DNA of 64,000 nucleotides from Giardia intestinalis (Eukaryota): NCBI GenBank assembly GCA_000002435.2, contig CM018792.1; one strand, 5' to 3'. Shown piece by piece: positions 63,284 to 64,000 of this stretch (position 1 is its first letter; each line of letters starts with the position of its first letter). The notes under the pieces were generated by a model. It saw only the letters and a program-made list of their open reading frames with translations, ran no database searches and was not told where the DNA came from. The position numbers and the translations under genes were made by a program.

Positions 63284-64000
63284 CACCGGACCCAGAGGCA
63301 CATACAAGCACCCCCACCTCAGCCCCCACCAGTCCCACCGCCCCAGCAACCCCGCCTCCCCACCAGCTGGCCCACTGGGACCTACGTGACCGCGACTGTA
63401 GAGCGCTGCCCGAGCCACAGCCGGACACCGAGGGGCGGCCAGTGGAGAGCCCGGTAGCAGCCCCCGACAGACGGGGCATCTAAAAAAGACAGCGACCCGG
63501 GCTTCACCCGCTATGAAGAGAGACCAAGGAGAGGCGCCACTGATAGAGCAGAGGGTCCACGAGAAGACCTGAACCCCTAAAGGACCGACGTGGATACCCA
63601 AACCGAGCACATCCCTGCGAAGCGACCGATGAATATACCGGGTCCTGGATGCACTAGTAGAGGGAAGCCCCTAGCATGCTGTCTACGATCAGGCTTCGTC
63701 TCTGGATTGGCCAGGAATTAAGCGAAAGTTTACTCGTGAGACTTCTGGACGCACTGCAGGTGGACCTATCAGCATATCTACACAAGCTACGTAAGTAACG
63801 CGTTTACTATCTAAGTACACATCTACGCCTTCCCCCTACAGATGAACCACCAGCAGAGGAACCCTATGAGCCCACCCACAACGACGATGACAGCAACAGA
63901 GATGCCTGCAATGGCGCCTGTGCTAAGGCCGCTCTTGTTTGTACTACCACCGGTGCTGTTATCGTTACCGCCATCGCTAGTGCCATCCTTCTTTACATAG
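63284..64000. repeat. Inverted-repeat arm B (mirror of 60887-61603)
   Basis: See arm A. The breakpoint is at 63283/63284, and the arms are symmetric about a 1,680-bp spacer. Confidence 0.85.
63823..64000 (-). CDS. VSP, 3' end of an inverted duplicate copy (continues beyond window)
   Basis: 63284-64000 mirrors 60887-61603 in reverse complement, including the CRGKA tail codons, the stop at 63823-63825 and the polyA signal (gtttact at 63802-63808). I compared mainly 61065-61445 against its mirror and both arm junctions by eye, and found no mismatch; the remainder of the arms was not checked base by base. Confidence 0.85.
   Translation of the reverse strand, partial: YVKKDGTSDGGNDNSTGGSTNKSGLSTGAIAGISVAVIVVVGGLIGFLCWWFICRGKA

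Noticed and set aside
61277-63610. Many overlapping 60-230 aa ORFs on both strands, including two identical 100-aa ORFs (61277-61651 + and 62999-63610 -)
   Set aside because: They arise from A-depleted, GC-rich composition, where few stop codons are possible. The ORFs occupy several mutually overlapping frames, their products are low-complexity (C/W/G/L/S/P-rich), and the identical pair simply reflects the inverted repeat. They are not protein-coding.
1-64000. Prokaryotic-style features (operons, CRISPR arrays, IS elements, defence systems)
   Set aside because: The sequence is eukaryotic (Giardia). No direct-repeat/spacer arrays, transposase ORFs or Shine-Dalgarno-organised operons are present.

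Overview
This 64-kb window appears to be nuclear DNA of the diplomonad Giardia intestinalis (lamblia), or a very close relative. I infer this from the sequence itself. Two variant-specific surface protein (VSP) genes end in the Giardia-specific ...[17 protein letters not shown] tail. There are several 'protein 21.1'-type ankyrin-repeat proteins with TALM.AA repeats. Genes are compact and intron-less, with gaps or overlaps of only a few bp. Very short AT-rich initiator sequences sit immediately 5' of ATGs, and AGTRAAY polyadenylation signals sit at or just after stop codons. About 25 protein-coding genes can be supported. They include two paralogous type IA DNA topoisomerase III genes, each next to a tubulin-tyrosine-ligase-like gene; ribosomal protein S24e; a 20S proteasome alpha subunit; a Pirh2-like CHY/RING E3 ligase; an LRR protein; a large membrane-anchored protein with a perfect metzincin HExxHxxGxxH motif; five ankyrin 21.1 genes; a VSP pseudogene; and several large hypothetical proteins. 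The 3' quarter is unusual. An ~8.8-kb stretch (50397-59180) has no credible ORF. It is followed by an intact VSP gene that lies in the left arm of a large inverted repeat. The in-window arms (60887-61603 and 63284-64000) match each other exactly in every segment I compared by eye, mainly 61065-61445 against its mirror and the arm junctions. A second, convergent VSP copy starts at the window edge, and the arms are separated by a 1,680-bp spacer that is depleted in A on the + strand. The ORF track uses alternative start codons (TTG/GTG translated as M), so several gene starts were re-set to the first in-frame ATG preceded by an AT-rich initiator. No tRNA, rRNA, CRISPR or prokaryotic-type features were recognised. 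Function calls rest on motif-level recognition only; no database search was possible.
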